Notes: generated by a model not told the origin, from the sequence alone. A stretch of DNA of 60,597 nt from Octopus bimaculoides (GCF_001194135.2 NC_068995.1:43577192-43637788), one strand, 5' to 3'; positions 25,329 through 38,981 are shown, counted from the stretch's first letter. Program-made: numbers and translations.

Positions 25329-27534
25329 TGTTGTTGTTGTTGTTGTTGTTGTTTTTGTTGTTGTTTTATTGTTTGCAATACTGAAGTTTAAGAATTATAC
25401 ATCGTTGAGATAGGAACTCGAAACGCAAGCAGCCTGAATAGATCGTAAAAGGTATTTATCCCGGCTTTTTAAACACTCAAATGTATTTTACCATATGACT
25501 GTTTTAAATGTCATTATATTAGACAATCCTTTCTATATTTTAATTTACGATCTTTTAAATTCTTAACTCAACTCTCGAAATACGCTGTAAGAATATTTCA
25601 GGAGCATCTAAACACCATAAGCTTATTGTTTTCTGAAACGTGCGTCAATCTTTGCTTCAAGCGTTCGTTGTAATGACAGCTGCACTATTTCCAAAATCGT
25701 TGCTGGTCATCTAAGTTAAACGGCATAATTAACCAGCGTTTAATGGTTAATTTACAGCAATTTCTTAGCTTCTAAGAAGGTGCCTTTTGTCTATATTTAT
25801 GCAAGGATAGATATTCATGAAGCGGTTATTAAATAAATCGCGGTTGTCGTTTGCGTGCATGTAGATATGGATAAAGCCTAACTTCCACCTAATACTGAAA
25901 TTATTATTGACGTTGCAGAAATTATATTTGTTACAACAATGTTTCTGTTCTAATACCATAAAATTGGATAGTGTGCTATATACACATCAGTTTATTACAC
26001 AGAATCTGCAAGTATTGTTTAAGAAACCGAATTATTGATATGTTGCCAAGTATATTTTGCAGTGAAGTCAGAGCTATTATTTAGGTAGCCAGATGCAGTC
26101 TATCCCATGACACTCGCAATATATAACTCATTTATTGTCATTCTTTCGATTTCTCAATGCGTCTTTTAATGTGTTCAGTCGAAATGGTTTATTCTTTTAA
26201 ATTAAATATTATTGCTTCTTGGATTTGATGATAATTTTTCATCAAGAAATCGACTGTTACTATTATCGCTTTTGTAAATGGATGTGTGTTTTGAGTTGAA
26301 ATATTTAAGACATTTATGCAATCAGTGAAACAAGGATGATGTCTGAGCGTTCTGTGGTCCAAACATAAAAGTTGTCGCCTATTCAAGGAGTTCGTAGTGC
26401 AACAAAACACGTATCTTTGTTGGTGTTCATCTTAGTATGCATTTAATGCAAATGAGATCATTAAATAGTTGAAACTATTTGGTTGTCTATATTATCTATG
26501 TTAATCAGCACTAAATAAGAAGTGTAATGTTCTAATCATAATACTGTAGAGATGTTCTTGCTTTAGTTTATATGTGTCTGGCGTTGTTGAATAGTGGCAG
26601 AAAATGGGCTAATTTCATTTTAACATTTCTTTTTGTATTTATAGTTCAATACATGAAACATTGGTTGCATATGGATACTTTTGCATATATTTCAATAAAA
26701 TAACTTTCTGGTCGTTTCAAACTACAATTTTTACAAGAACTGTAATCGTTTGTAAACAATTTTATATTTCATCAAAGTGTTTTAAATATTTAATTTGTGT
26801 GCATTAATTTAAAAAACAACTAAATTATACAGTAATTTAACATTAATAATGATGCTCTTTATTATTATCGTCCTTATCGTCATCGTCTAGATGATGTTTA
26901 TCATTACTATGATGATGATTATTAGAAGATGATGGGAAAACATTGACGTCGATAATGGCTGTAATTATTTGCTGTTGTAGTGAACCCCAAGTTCAAATTT
27001 GATTGTGTATCAATCATTCCGGCCGTAACCATCTCTGTTGTAAAACAGTTTTCGTGTTGAACATATAACCTACTGTCACTATGGTCATTGGAAATGACAA
27101 AAAATCTTGTTTATAGCAATTATAATGAGGTTTAGATGACACTAGTGTTACTGTGGAATCAGATTATAAAATAGATGAGAAGTCATAATGACGGTTACTC
27201 ACTGCTGTTTTGTTCTTGTTTAACAAGACTAATATGTCCTTTTCCTGTTATTTTGAAATATCTTATGGGAAAATTTGAGGAAGATTTGACTGTTGTTTAT
27301 AGTTTCGCTTGTCATTTCCTGCAAATATATATAGCACAATCATTGATAACAAAATAACACAATTTCCACAAAATATAAAGCAACACAACAGACAAATGTT
27401 ATAACACAGACAATTAGACAAAAATATCCCTTTCCACTTCCCACAAGTCAGAAAATATTACCTTGTACACGCATTGTGAACTCTGATTTTCCCTGTTAAT
27501 GCAGAATCATCTCCCACATAACTACTGAAAGCAG

Positions 27535-27665
<131 letters not shown>

Positions 27666-29339
27666 TTCTCCAAGGGGTAACTACCGATTTGGACGGGGGA
27701 AATCTTCTGCAAAATCTGAAACTAATTAACATCATTATATCTGAGGCCAAAACAATTGACGAGAAAGTTGATTCGTAAGTATACCCGTCTATAATTTCAT
27801 GTACTACATGCCTTTATTAGGCATGGGAAATATATTCTTGAAATAATCAGAAAGCGATTGCATCGAACGAAACTGGAGAGAACAAATTTTTTAGTAGAAG
27901 AACGAAACGATCTGAAGGAAATGCTTGGAACTAAGAAACAGAAAAGCAAACGCAATAACATTTTTTTAAAGTTTGATAAATCGAAAATAGTATTAAGTTT
28001 CCTTGAATACAAATCAATTATATCCATGGAATAATTAGTTAGTACCTGAAAGACGACCAGCCAACACGGTATAGGTAATGCAAATTATAACAGGCGATCA
28101 CAATTTTTTTTTAAATCAGATTGTGCGAGATTGAGAAATGTTGCTCTCTCAAATAGTTAACGCTTAACATAGGGCATCGCTGGTACCACCAAGAAAATAT
28201 AATTGAAAATAGATCTTAAAAGGGAAAGTTACTGAAGCAAACAAAACACTGAAGTATTATATTTTACTGATACACTATATTTTAGAGCAGCGAGGAGTAA
28301 AACAGAGACGTATGACTTTGGAGAAAGGAGTAAAATCAAGCAAAAATAATATCAATATGGGTAAGTTAATACATAATAGCAAGATAAAAAAGAATTTATA
28401 GGAAGAATATACTCTGGGAATAAACGAAAAACTATTGACTATACATAAAAGGATGACCTAATACGAACCAACGAGAGCATGAGGTGAAAGCTGACTGTAT
28501 ACGCAAAACACAAAATGTACACCATATAAAAGTCAACATTTATGAACACACACGCAACATCGAACCTCCTAAACACACTGAAAATGCAACAGAAATCATC
28601 ATACAAGACATAAAGAAGTCCCCGCAACAAATAAAAATATAGACCTAAAGAAATCATTAAAAGACCCCTACAATGATGAAAATCTCAAAGGTCCCCGAGG
28701 AAACATTTATTTAAATATATTCGATCAAGCTCACATTTTACAACAGACAGATTAAAAACACACATCTCAGTAGATCAATCGGAGTAAACATTTAGGAAGA
28801 CCTTGGGAAATGTATAAAGTAAAAGAAAAGAGAACACAATACATTTGATGGCCATGAATTAGGGAAAATATCTGTCCAACATAGAACACACCTATACGAA
28901 CACACATACACACTCACACACACTCTCACACCCACATACACATACACGTACAAACAGTTCTGTGAATGTATAAATAAATGTAATGTTAGTCCAGCGGCAT
29001 TCTATCTACGGAAAAAAATACACAAACGTGCGCTGACTAAAAGATTTGATCTATTTAATTACAGTTTTAATATTGAAAAAAAAAACTGATTTTATATCAT
29101 AAGAGGAGAGCTTGTTCAGGTGAAAGGGTATGAGTTAAATAATAAGAGATTTGAAAGGGAGTTTAACCCTTAAAAATCTTAACAGTGAAGGGTATGAATA
29201 AGAAATAATAAACTGAACAACATATAGCAGTGGATAAATTGATGGCAGTCGTGTTGCCCTTTGTTTCTGGCTGGAGCAACTACAAGTTGCTAACGTACGT
29301 GTGACATCAGCATTCCATGGAGTATTTAGTAGACCAAAG

Positions 29340-30010
29340 TCAATAATTAAATGGTTTGTGAAGAAGGAAATAACATTAATTAAAACAACTCAACAAGTCC
29401 TAACATCAATTCTTCTCATCAGGAGGCTGGCTACTCACGTAGATTACAATGACATTCTTTGAGAACTAGAAATTATGCAAGAAACAAATGTTGGACTGTA
29501 ATGTTCAGCCACTGGTGAACCAACCTATTGTAGAAAACAGTAAGAAGGGAACAACAAAACTTGATGTGGCATAAATTGATTTCTGAAGACCGACTGATAG
29601 ACTAGCACACGCCTGAATAATTTTGACGTAAATTATACTCAAACATAAAACAACCTTAATACAAAATAGAACATTGCAAAATCTGTTGAATCAAATTACC
29701 AACGTATAAACAATAAACAATCTTTTCTTTGTGGGTAACTTTCCTCTAAATTTCAGAAATAACAATAAACATTTAGAAAAAGTATTAAAAATTTATCATA
29801 AATTGCGAAAAGACATAAAGATGATTTTGGGATTAAACATAATAATAAACCTGATATCTTTCTCCTTGACAATAGCATATAAATTATCGACATAACAGTA
29901 TCGAATGATTATAATATTATATTGTGCAGAAGGGCGCTGAAGAAAAACTAAAGGAATATTCTTAACTAGCAATTGAAATAATTTTATGGCAGTTAATCAT
30001 AAGACATATG
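29340..30010 (+). mobile_element. Decayed R4/Dong-clade LINE body (RT and endonuclease remnants)
   Basis: Plus-strand pieces read KWFVKKEITLIK, CKKQMLD...IVENSKKGTTKLDVA*IDF (cf. GCKDQLL...ENAK..K.NL..AWIDY) and IKHNNKPDIFLLD...IIDITVSND (cf. NRPDI...IID..P.D). There are many stops and frameshifts. It may extend upstream to 27665. Confidence 0.6.
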
Positions 30011-30288
30011 ATTATCACCTCATTCATAATTTGCAGAAAGTAGACCATACAAATGCGTAACAGTAATGACGACATTGATAAATTGCATGTCGAGGTAGAC
30101 ATAAGAACGTTTTATAAAATGAAAATACAAGAATCAATAAACTTGACAATATTCGTTGACTCATAAAAATTCCCTCTAAATATAGAAACTCTTGTTCGCT
30201 CAGAAAACTTGTATGCATATTCCCAAAGACGTATCTAGTTAGAAAAAAAAAAGTATTGCTGTATTTCTCAAAGGAAGTAAACAAATTA

Positions 30289-30290
<2 letters not shown>

Positions 30291-30352
<62 letters not shown>
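30291..30352. repeat. (TAA)~20 microsatellite
   Basis: Direct reading. Confidence 0.97.
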
Positions 30353-30354
<2 letters not shown>

Positions 30355-30608
30355 TTGGTGCGTCCTGTAATAACTGGTGCATTGAGAATAGTAATCCGAG
30401 ATAGAGACAAATGACTGAAGGGTATTGAAATAGAATGCCCGGTAGAGCTCCTACAGAAAGTTTGTCTCCTAGGGACAGCAAGACTTATCAGGAGGGTTCT
30501 AAATACTCGAAAGACAGTCGAAAACGTGTGAATATCTAAGGTTACAGTTAGTAACCCACCACCCACATAAATCCTACCAAAATAAGACCAAACCTGAGCT
30601 TTGTTTCG
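30353..30608 (+). mobile_element. R4/Dong-clade LINE, 5'-truncated 3' end
   Basis: 30355-30531 reads LVRPVITGALRIVIRDRDK*LKGIEIECPVELLQKVCLLGTARLIRRVLNT. The LQK..LLGTA.I.R.VL terminus is typical of R4. A short 3' UTR follows, and there is (TAA)n on both sides. Confidence 0.85.
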
Positions 30609-30632
30609 ATAATAATAATAACAATAATAGAT

Positions 30633-31188
30633 GCCCGTATACAGTACCAGGCAGTGGCTCTCATGGCTTCTGATCCTAATTGATTTGAAGTGTTATCATG
30701 TACATTGTTTTAGACTTGGTATAAAAGATGGGCTACAGCAAATACTCTGCTTAATACCACAGATTTGCTTCTCAGTTGTTTGACCTTAACCAGTTGAGCA
30801 TGTCCCTTGGTGGCTGATGATATGTGCATCTAGGATCATAAGCAGAAGTAGTGGGGGAGCATCATAGCCATGTGTTGAGAAGAATTCTTTGGGGTTTGAA
30901 TAATTCACCTTTGGAAACATGGGTGTTTTGCTCAACATCCTTAAACAAACCTTATTCGGGGACCTTTTGAGCAGGATGGGCTACTCGACCAGAAGAAAAT
31001 TCTAACTGGGGCCCCACCTGCGAGGTTATGCGCTGTTTATCTTGATATGAGATCACCATGTTACGCACATATGGTTGTGATGCATGTGCCTGGTGTACCC
31101 TTATCAGAAGGGTAGTCATGATGGGTATAATGGGCTTCGTATATTTTACCCCAATGTTACTCTGATGGCATGCACTGCTCTCTCACTC
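30633..31188 (+). mobile_element. ~560 bp non-coding retroelement (family C) ending in (AAT)n
   Basis: It is colinear and highly similar to the reverse complement of 44640-45131. No tRNA-like head or coding motif was recognised. (AAT)n flanks both ends. Confidence 0.8.
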
Positions 31189-31222
<34 letters not shown>

Positions 31223-31564
31223 GTGCCCCGGGGACAACAGGATCAAAGAGAAAGGAGAAAAACTGAAGAATATGACGATTTCAAGTGGGAAATACAAAAG
31301 TTGTGGTTAAAGAGGGGAGTAGGCGTGGTACCAATAGTAATTGGTACACTTGGAAGTATCAGCACCCAACAACCATCATGGCTTAAAACGATTGGTACAA
31401 ATGCCAAGGTAGGACACCTAAAAAAATCAGCATTATTTGGAACTGCAACAATTCTTCGCAAGGTTCTTGGAGCCTAACCAGTAAACAAGTGTCACCTTAG
31501 TCTGTTGGCCGTGAACAGCTGACACTTTCCATCACACCGAACAAAATAAGCTGAGTTTGCATCA
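31223..31564 (+). mobile_element. R4/Dong-clade LINE, 5'-truncated 3' end
   Basis: PGDNRIKEK / EEYDDFKWEIQKLWLKRGVGVVPIVIGTLGSI...LKKSALFGTATILRKVLGA* (stop at 31477), then a 3' UTR. (AAT)n lies on both sides. Confidence 0.88.
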
Positions 31565-31580
31565 AATAATAATAATAATG

Positions 31581-31787
31581 GTTTAAAATTTTGCCACAAA
31601 GACAGCAATTTTGGAGGAGGGGTTAAGTCGATCACATGGACTCCAGTGTTTAACTGTACTTATTTTCTCCCTAAAAGGATGAAAAGTAAAGCCGACTTCA
31701 GCGAAATTTGAACTCAGAACGCTGCAGTAGGCGAAATACCGGTAAGCATTTCGTCCATCGCGTTAACGATTCTGCCAGCTCGTCGCC

Positions 31788-31789
<2 letters not shown>
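31581..31789 (-). mobile_element. SINE family A, full length
   Basis: Minus-strand head AAGGCGACGAGCTGGCAGAATCGTTAACG, B box GAGTTCAAATTT, GGCACAA-type tail. It sits between AAT runs. Confidence 0.9.
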
Positions 31790-31839
<50 letters not shown>

Positions 31840-31960
31840 GCCACTGGTGATATACGTGGCAGAAAATCTTAGGCATGGTTAAAAAATGGTCAATTGAAAA
31901 AAGAATTTGTACCTTGATCATCGTAGCTTTGGGGATAATATCAAAAGTTGGTCATATGTA
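31840..31960 (+). mobile_element. Short R4/Dong-type endonuclease C-terminal remnant
   Basis: GAATTTGTACCTTGATCATCGTAGCTTTGGGGATAATATCAAAA reads FVP / IIVALGIISK, the same motif as the other R4 tails. It directly follows an (AAT)n run. Confidence 0.55.
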
Positions 31961-32022
31961 CCATTTTCTGTTCTCATATAAAACAACCTGTTCTTAACGA
32001 CTATGAAGGACGACTCCGTTTA

Positions 32023-32067
32023 CGTAACTAACGAGGTGGAATGACGTCGAAACGCATGCGTTTTACG
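32023..32067 (+). ncRNA. Minimal type I hammerhead-ribozyme-like motif with G5A core change (PLE type)
   Basis: CGTAA-CTAACGA-GGTG(GAATGA)CGTC-GAAAC-G(CATG)C-GTT-TTACG. Stem I is 5 bp perfect, stem II is 4 bp with two wobbles, and stem III is short with a palindromic CATG loop. The cleavage triplet is GUU. Confidence 0.6.
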
Positions 32068-33042
32068 GTCCGATTACGTCATTAATAGCTTGATGGTGTG
32101 GTTTTATGTGCCGTCTAAAAGAATTTTTCTCAGATTATTTCTGCTGTGCATGTCTTTCATATGCGAATATAATTATAATTATTATTATACACACTAACAC
32201 ACATACTTGTGTATGTGTTTGTACATACAAACCTATGCGAATTTCACTTACAAGGGAGTGTTTATATGCGTGTATGTGTTATTGAGTGTGTAAATATACA
32301 CGCATGCAGAATCTCAGTTAACTAGTGGTCTTCTGCAACAACAACAACAAAAAAATGTATTTATTTGTAATGAGTAAAGTTTCGTAAACTTGCGTGGCGT
32401 TAAGTGAAGCGTTTCAGAACTTTAGACCGATTCTGCTTCATAAAAAATGAAATAAGTTTTCTTTGTTTTAGTTCAGTAGAGCGTGGAAACAATGGAGGAA
32501 AACGGGAAATGACAGAAAATTAGCTGTTACGCAGGCGGGAGTGGGAATAATTCGGGGAGTGAAAGAGAATTTGAAAGATCGAGAATGTAGAGGCAGGGAG
32601 GCAAATACGATTGAATGGGAGATTTATAGTCAGTTTAAGTTAAGAACTTTTATTGTTGCTTCTACTTGTTTTCATTTTTGTATTGATTTTAGTGTTTTTG
32701 TTTTGTGTTTTATTTTTGCTTTCTTTTGTTTTTCCTAGCAGACCATCGTAAAGAGGTTGTCAACAGAATTATTCATGTACACGACTGCAGACATTTATAT
32801 GTTATTCGATAGTAGATCTCAGTATGTACGTGTATGCATAGACACTCTAAGACATATATACACATTTACATACACTTACACACACGTAAATATATATATA
32901 TATATATACATATAACAGATTACACTCAACGTCGAAGGAAAGTGTTGATAATTTTCTTGATATTTCGGCTCTCTCGCCTTCATCAAGCAGTCCTGCTAAA
33001 GTTAACATGTACGCGTGTGTGTGTGTGTGCATGTGTGTATGT

Positions 33043-33080
<38 letters not shown>

Positions 33081-33109
33081 ATGTGTGTGTGCATGTGTGT
33101 GTGTGTGTA

Positions 33110-33150
<41 letters not shown>

Positions 33151-33399
33151 ATATATTGATTTATACATTGTACGCACTACACCATTAACTAGAAACAATT
33201 AAATTTGAATGTCAACGATGCTTTATTGTAAGTGGAAAAACAATGTCAACACATTTGATTTGATCTCTTGAACAGCGGTTGAATAAATAGAAAGTTTCCG
33301 TGGCTGACGTTTCACGATTTGCTTATTGATCCGCTAAAGAAAGAGACCCCGGTTCCCTTCTTGAATCATTATCATACAGCAATTATTTTTGTGGCACGT

Positions 33400-34075
33400 G
33401 GTCAAGTGTTTGTTATCTGAGTACTGTCTAAGTATCTGCTTGTAAATTTCAGCATTGACAGTCCCTTGTAGGCCAATAAGTGGACCAGGAGCAGCAGAGA
33501 TCACTTCCAAAACCGTTATACTGCCTCCTCCATTTTTCACTGTCTTCTTCACACATGTACGAGATAACCTTTCGCCACTTCTTCATCGGACGTACAGCCG
33601 CCATCGGAACCAATGACGTCAAACTTCGATTTATCGCTAAATTGAGCTTGCGATCACAGTTCTTCTGTCCAAACGACATGTTCGTGAGCGAACCGGAGAC
33701 TCTTTGATTCTTCTTGGAGATCAGAGGTTTCTTTGCCGGTGCCAAAGCAAGCAACTCAGAGCCTCGTAATCTCCGAAAAACTGTTTTGCGCGATACGTTG
33801 AAATCGGAAGTGGAGCTAAACTGGCGGGATATCTCAGCAGCACTCTTAAACCTATCTTTCAATTACATTCTAACCATAATATGATCCTGTCCTGATGAAG
33901 TTTTACTTGGTCTACTGATTTGAGGTTTAGTATCTGTCGATTCTGATGACTTAGAACGAGCTATAATCCGTTGCACAACAATTCTAGACCTTCCTACAGT
34001 AGCTGCCATCACAGAATTTGACTTGCCCTCTTGTTCAAGGCACCCAAACGTTTCTTAATCATCACAGGATACCGA
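33400..34075 (-). pseudogene. Tc1-family transposase pseudogene
   Basis: The minus strand reads LEQEGKSNSVMAATVGRS...SRPSKTS...DRFKSAAEISRQF...VSRKTVFRRL...PAKKPLISKKN, then after frameshifts KTVKNGGGSITV...GTVNAEIYKQIL. TIRs were not identified. Confidence 0.9.
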
Positions 34076-35069
34076 TCGTCTTTCACAAGCCGCTGACAGT
34101 TGAATGTTCCAATAATGTAAGATCATAAGATGTAACTGTTAGCCCTTTAACAGTCTTCTAAACAAAAATACCTCCGTTAATAGTTCATTTATTCTAAATG
34201 ACCCTTAACTTTTAGCTGCTGCAATTTGGGATGTTGTTTATTTCCTCATAACGTACAAAATATTTATTCCATTCACTTGACATTTTCACGAAAGGTGAAT
34301 ATTAGATATATCTAAATATGTGTGAAATATCTAGGCTCAGTGTGTTGCTAAACTTCTGTAATAACTATTTCAATACACTTCTTCTTACTGACTCTTATGT
34401 TATGGCCGCTACTGTATATGCTCATACACATTGACATATATCAATTGATACATACAAACGAGATTATACAGCCGTTTTTAATCCCATTTACACGCATACG
34501 TTTAACTGATTTAAATTACATATATTTCGCTCCTAATGAAGGAAGTCTGAAAGGACCTCGTGCAACAAAATATAGAACGCTATTTTATCCACACATAAAT
34601 TTCTTAAAACTTCAATGACAAACTTGATACTGTACAATGCGCAAACGAGTTTTCCTAAAGTTATCGCCCAAGGGGGAAAAAAGTGTAACCGAAACATCGG
34701 ATTATGAAACGGTTATAGATAAACGTTTAACCAGTATTTTCATTCATATTTAATCTTTCACGAACTGCATTGTAATGGCTTCCTAAATTATTGCGTTTTA
34801 TATTTCGTAATTCTTCCAAGCAAAATGCATACATACGTACACACACACATACATACATACAGACATGGATGCATGCATACACATATAAATACATACGTTC
34901 ACACACACATTGTATATGCATGTACCATGTGTGACAGTGAGCTATGTATACACACATCCACCCTTTATCATTCCAGCCCCCGTATATTTATAGTGCTGCT
35001 GCCGTTATTGTAATGCTTGTGTTCTTATCTAAATACACAATTCTTATTTTTAACTCTTTATCGTCGCCT

Positions 35070-35111
35070 TCATCACTACCACCGTTGTCATCACCATCAT
35101 CAGCATCGTCG

Positions 35112-35160
<49 letters not shown>

Positions 35161-35447
35161 AATCATACTCACCTTCATCATAATCTTATCATCATCATAA
35201 TCTTATCATCATCATCATCTTCATCATCATCCTCATCCGCATCAGCATCAGCATCAGCATCAGCATCAGCATCATTATCATCATCATCATCATAATCGTC
35301 ATCATTATAAGCAGCAACAGCAGCGTCGTCATCGTCGTGGTTATCATCACAATCCTCATCTCCACCATCGATATCATCCAAAATTAGCATCGAATTTATA
35401 ACCACCACCGTCTTTTCCGTCGCCATCGCAATCGTTGCCATTCTAAT
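35070..35447. repeat. (CAT)n / (CATCAG)n compound repeat running into a gap
   Basis: Direct reading. Confidence 0.92.
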
Positions 35448-36649
35448 NNNNNNNNNNNNNNNNNNNNNNNNNNNNNNNNNNNNNNNNNNNNNNNNNNNNN
35501 NNNNNNNNNNNNNNNNNNNNNNNNNNNNNNNNNNNNNNNNNNNNNNNNNNNNNNNNNNNNNNNNNNNNNNNNNNNNNNNNNNNNNNNNNNNNNNNNNNNN
35601 NNNNNNNNNNNNNNNNNNNNNNNNNNNNNNNNNNNNNNNNNNNNNNNNNNNNNNNNNNNNNNNNNNNNNNNNNNNNNNNNNNNNNNNNNNNNNNNNNNNN
35701 NNNNNNNNNNNNNNNNNNNNNNNNNNNNNNNNNNNNNNNNNNNNNNNNNNNNNNNNNNNNNNNNNNNNNNNNNNNNNNNNNNNNNNNNNNNNNNNNNNNN
35801 NNNNNNNNNNNNNNNNNNNNNNNNNNNNNNNNNNNNNNNNNNNNNNNNNNNNNNNNNNNNNNNNNNNNNNNNNNNNNNNNNNNNNNNNNNNNNNNNNNNN
35901 NNNNNNNNNNNNNNNNNNNNNNNNNNNNNNNNNNNNNNNNNNNNNNNNNNNNNNNNNNNNNNNNNNNNNNNNNNNNNNNNNNNNNNNNNNNNNNNNNNNN
36001 NNNNNNNNNNNNNNNNNNNNNNNNNNNNNNNNNNNNNNNNNNNNNNNNNNNNNNNNNNNNNNNNNNNNNNNNNNNNNNNNNNNNNNNNNNNNNNNNNNNN
36101 NNNNNNNNNNNNNNNNNNNNNNNNNNNNNNNNNNNNNNNNNNNNNNNNNNNNNNNNNNNNNNNNNNNNNNNNNNNNNNNNNNNNNNNNNNNNNNNNNNNN
36201 NNNNNNNNNNNNNNNNNNNNNNNNNNNNNNNNNNNNNNNNNNNNNNNTATACATGCCTATATGTATGTATGTATGTATGTATATATGTATGTATGTAAGT
36301 ACGTATGTACGTATGTACGTATGTACGTATGTACGTATGCGTATGTATGTATATATGTATATAAACACTCACACACTCACAGACATATACACACATAAAC
36401 ACACCCACACACACTTCAACGGTGTTGATTTCTTCTTCCCACTTCAACCGACAGCCAATTGAATACGAAAAATTACTCGATGGAACACAAATTGGAAACC
36501 AATCAGTTATGAAGGGAGATAAAAATCCATCAGGACCAACAGTTGATTGCTCCGTTTACGATAAGGCTATTGGTGAATATCGATTTTGGATCAACTCACT
36601 GACACAACAACAACAACAAAATATACAAGAGCAAATATTACTACTACCA

Positions 36650-36731
<82 letters not shown>

Positions 36732-37402
36732 AATATCAGCAATACATGCAGCAATATAATGACTTTATCGTTGCTAGTGATTTAACCTCCGCATTACATC
36801 ATGCCCATAATCATCATCATCAACATCATCGTCATCACTATCGTGATCATTACTACTATCGTCATCGTTGTCGTCGTCATCATTATAATGTGGTCGTCGT
36901 CATCATTATCGTCACTGTCATCGCCATTGTTATCGAAGTCATTTGTCATCNNNNNNNNNNNNNNNNNNNNNNNNNNNNNNNNNNNNNNNNNNNNNNNNNN
37001 NNNNNNNNNNNNNNNNNNNNNNNNNNNNNNNNNNNNNNNNNNNNNNNNNNNNNNNNNNNNNNNNNNNNNNNNNNNNNNNNNNNNNNNNNNNNNNNNNNNN
37101 NNNNNNNNNNNNNNNNNNNNNNNNNNNNNNNNNNNNNNNNNNNNNNNNNNNNNNNNNNNNNNNNNNNNNNNNNNNNNNNNNNNNNNNNNNNNNNNNNNNN
37201 NNNNNNNNNNNNNNNNNNNNNNNNNNNNNNNNNNNNNNNNNNNNNNNNNNNNNNNNNNNNNNNNNNNNNNNNNNNNNNNNNNNNNNNNNNNNNNNNNNNN
37301 NNNNNNNNNNNNNNNNNNNNNNNNNNNNNNNNNNNNNNNNNNNNNNNNNNNNNNNNNNNNNNNNNNNNNNNNNNNNNNNNNNNNNNNNNNNNNNNNNNAT
37401 AT

Positions 37403-37443
<41 letters not shown>

Positions 37444-37549
37444 TATTAATGTATATACGTAGTTTTATACAAAAAATATTACATTTCATACAGCCCGCTC
37501 ATGGATATACTCACGTATACGAACTTACATAAACACATGCCTACATATG

Positions 37550-38796
37550 CAGGATGCGGTGAATAGATTGCCTTCTAAATTACGCAGAAATTTAAATAAC
37601 ACTGACATCTCATTGTAGCAGATATATTTACCAAGATTATATAACAATGTCGTGAAATACTAAAGAGTAAATTTATTCAATTAAATCGTCATGGCCTCCA
37701 GACCAATTCGGAATCTCTTACAACTCTTCTGGACGGTCTCCTTGTTTAAGTTGGTGAAGGCTGCCATAATCCATGCCTTCAGCTCATCATTGGTGTTACA
37801 AGGAGATTTGTTCGTCTCTGGCTCAACTGTCTCCCACGCATAATAATCAAGGGGGTTGCTGTGTGGGGAGTTAGATGGCCAGATGTTAGGTGTGATGTGA
37901 TCGCAGAAATTGTCTCACAGCTGTGATTGGATTCTCCTGCATGTGTGACATGGTGCAGAGTCCTGTTGCCGAATATAAATTCTTCCAGCATCCACCCTTT
38001 TGACCAGGGCAGCACTAACTCCTCCAGCCACTTGATGTAGGCCTCTGTGTTGAGTCTGAGGCCGTGTAGGTAGATGAATGGAGGTATAACGTCGCCACCA
38101 CTAGTGATCACTCCAGACACCATGCTGTTGACTGGATGCTTGATTTTTATCACTCTCGGTACATGTTTTGGGGACACGGCACACCAACGGATGTTGCGCG
38201 TATTCACCATCTGATCCTGGCAGAAATTTTTCTCGTCTGAGGAAAACCAAAGCATGTTCGGTTGGAGGGGATGCTTGAGTTTGTTCAAAAGCTTCATAGC
38301 ACAAGTCTTTCCTCTTGTCCTTGATGGCTTGAGATAAAGATTGGACCTTTCTCATCTTGTATGAAGAATGCCGAATGTCTTCATGCACTACCTGCCTGAT
38401 AAGAAAATCAGACACTCCCAGGTTGACTCGGAGAGATCGTTGTCAATCATGGCCTGAATCTCACCAACAAATTCAGGAGTTCTTTTCTTCTCAGAACAAT
38501 CAGAATAAGTCTTCAAAACTGCCGTATCTACGTAATCCTCATTAGACTTATCAAACTATTTCCCAATTCTCCACACAAATATTCTGAAATGTTCATATTG
38601 GGGCTTCTGATACCAATGCCAAGCGGCACAGCATGTCGTTTCCAAATTTCTGGCAGAGGTAATTATATAATGGTGCTACTTTTTCTCACAGATGGTACCC
38701 AATTGACTAAACTATACTGTGTAGTCGACAATATGAAAAACATGCGCGAAATAAAATAAAAATACAAAATGGCGACAATTTACACATCGCAATCTG
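37550..38796 (-). mobile_element. maT-family (DD37D) IS630-Tc1-mariner transposon, full span, inactivated
   Basis: FSSDEKNF...MVSGVITSGGDV; after a frameshift QQDSAPCH...WPSNSPHSNPLDYY, with 37 codons between the second and third Asp (counted by hand, including one stop). Imperfect TIRs are CAGGATGCGGTGAATAGATTG (37550) and CAGATTGCGATGTGTAAATTG (reverse complement ending 38796), with TA at 38797. Confidence 0.88.
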
Positions 38797-38981
38797 TATA
38801 CATATACACATACATGCAAAATATTAATATATATATATATATATATTCTGTTGTGTCTGGGGAGAACCATCCTCTTTCAGTGCCCTATAATTTAACACAC
38901 TCACCAGTAATTTAACATACTCTACTCATTTACTTCTATTTTTCTAAAATTTTCGTTGCGTCTTGCACAAATCCCAAAACG

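Noticed and set aside
30633-30710. HDV-like ribozyme at the 5' end of family C or after the (ATA)43 run at 27665
   Set aside because: I could not build the nested double pseudoknot by eye. A descriptor search on the consensus would be needed.
29000-32000. CRISPR-like alternation of repeats and spacers
   Set aside because: The repeats are variable-length trinucleotide runs and the spacers are retroelement pieces of 120-560 bp. The DNA is eukaryotic and there are no cas genes.
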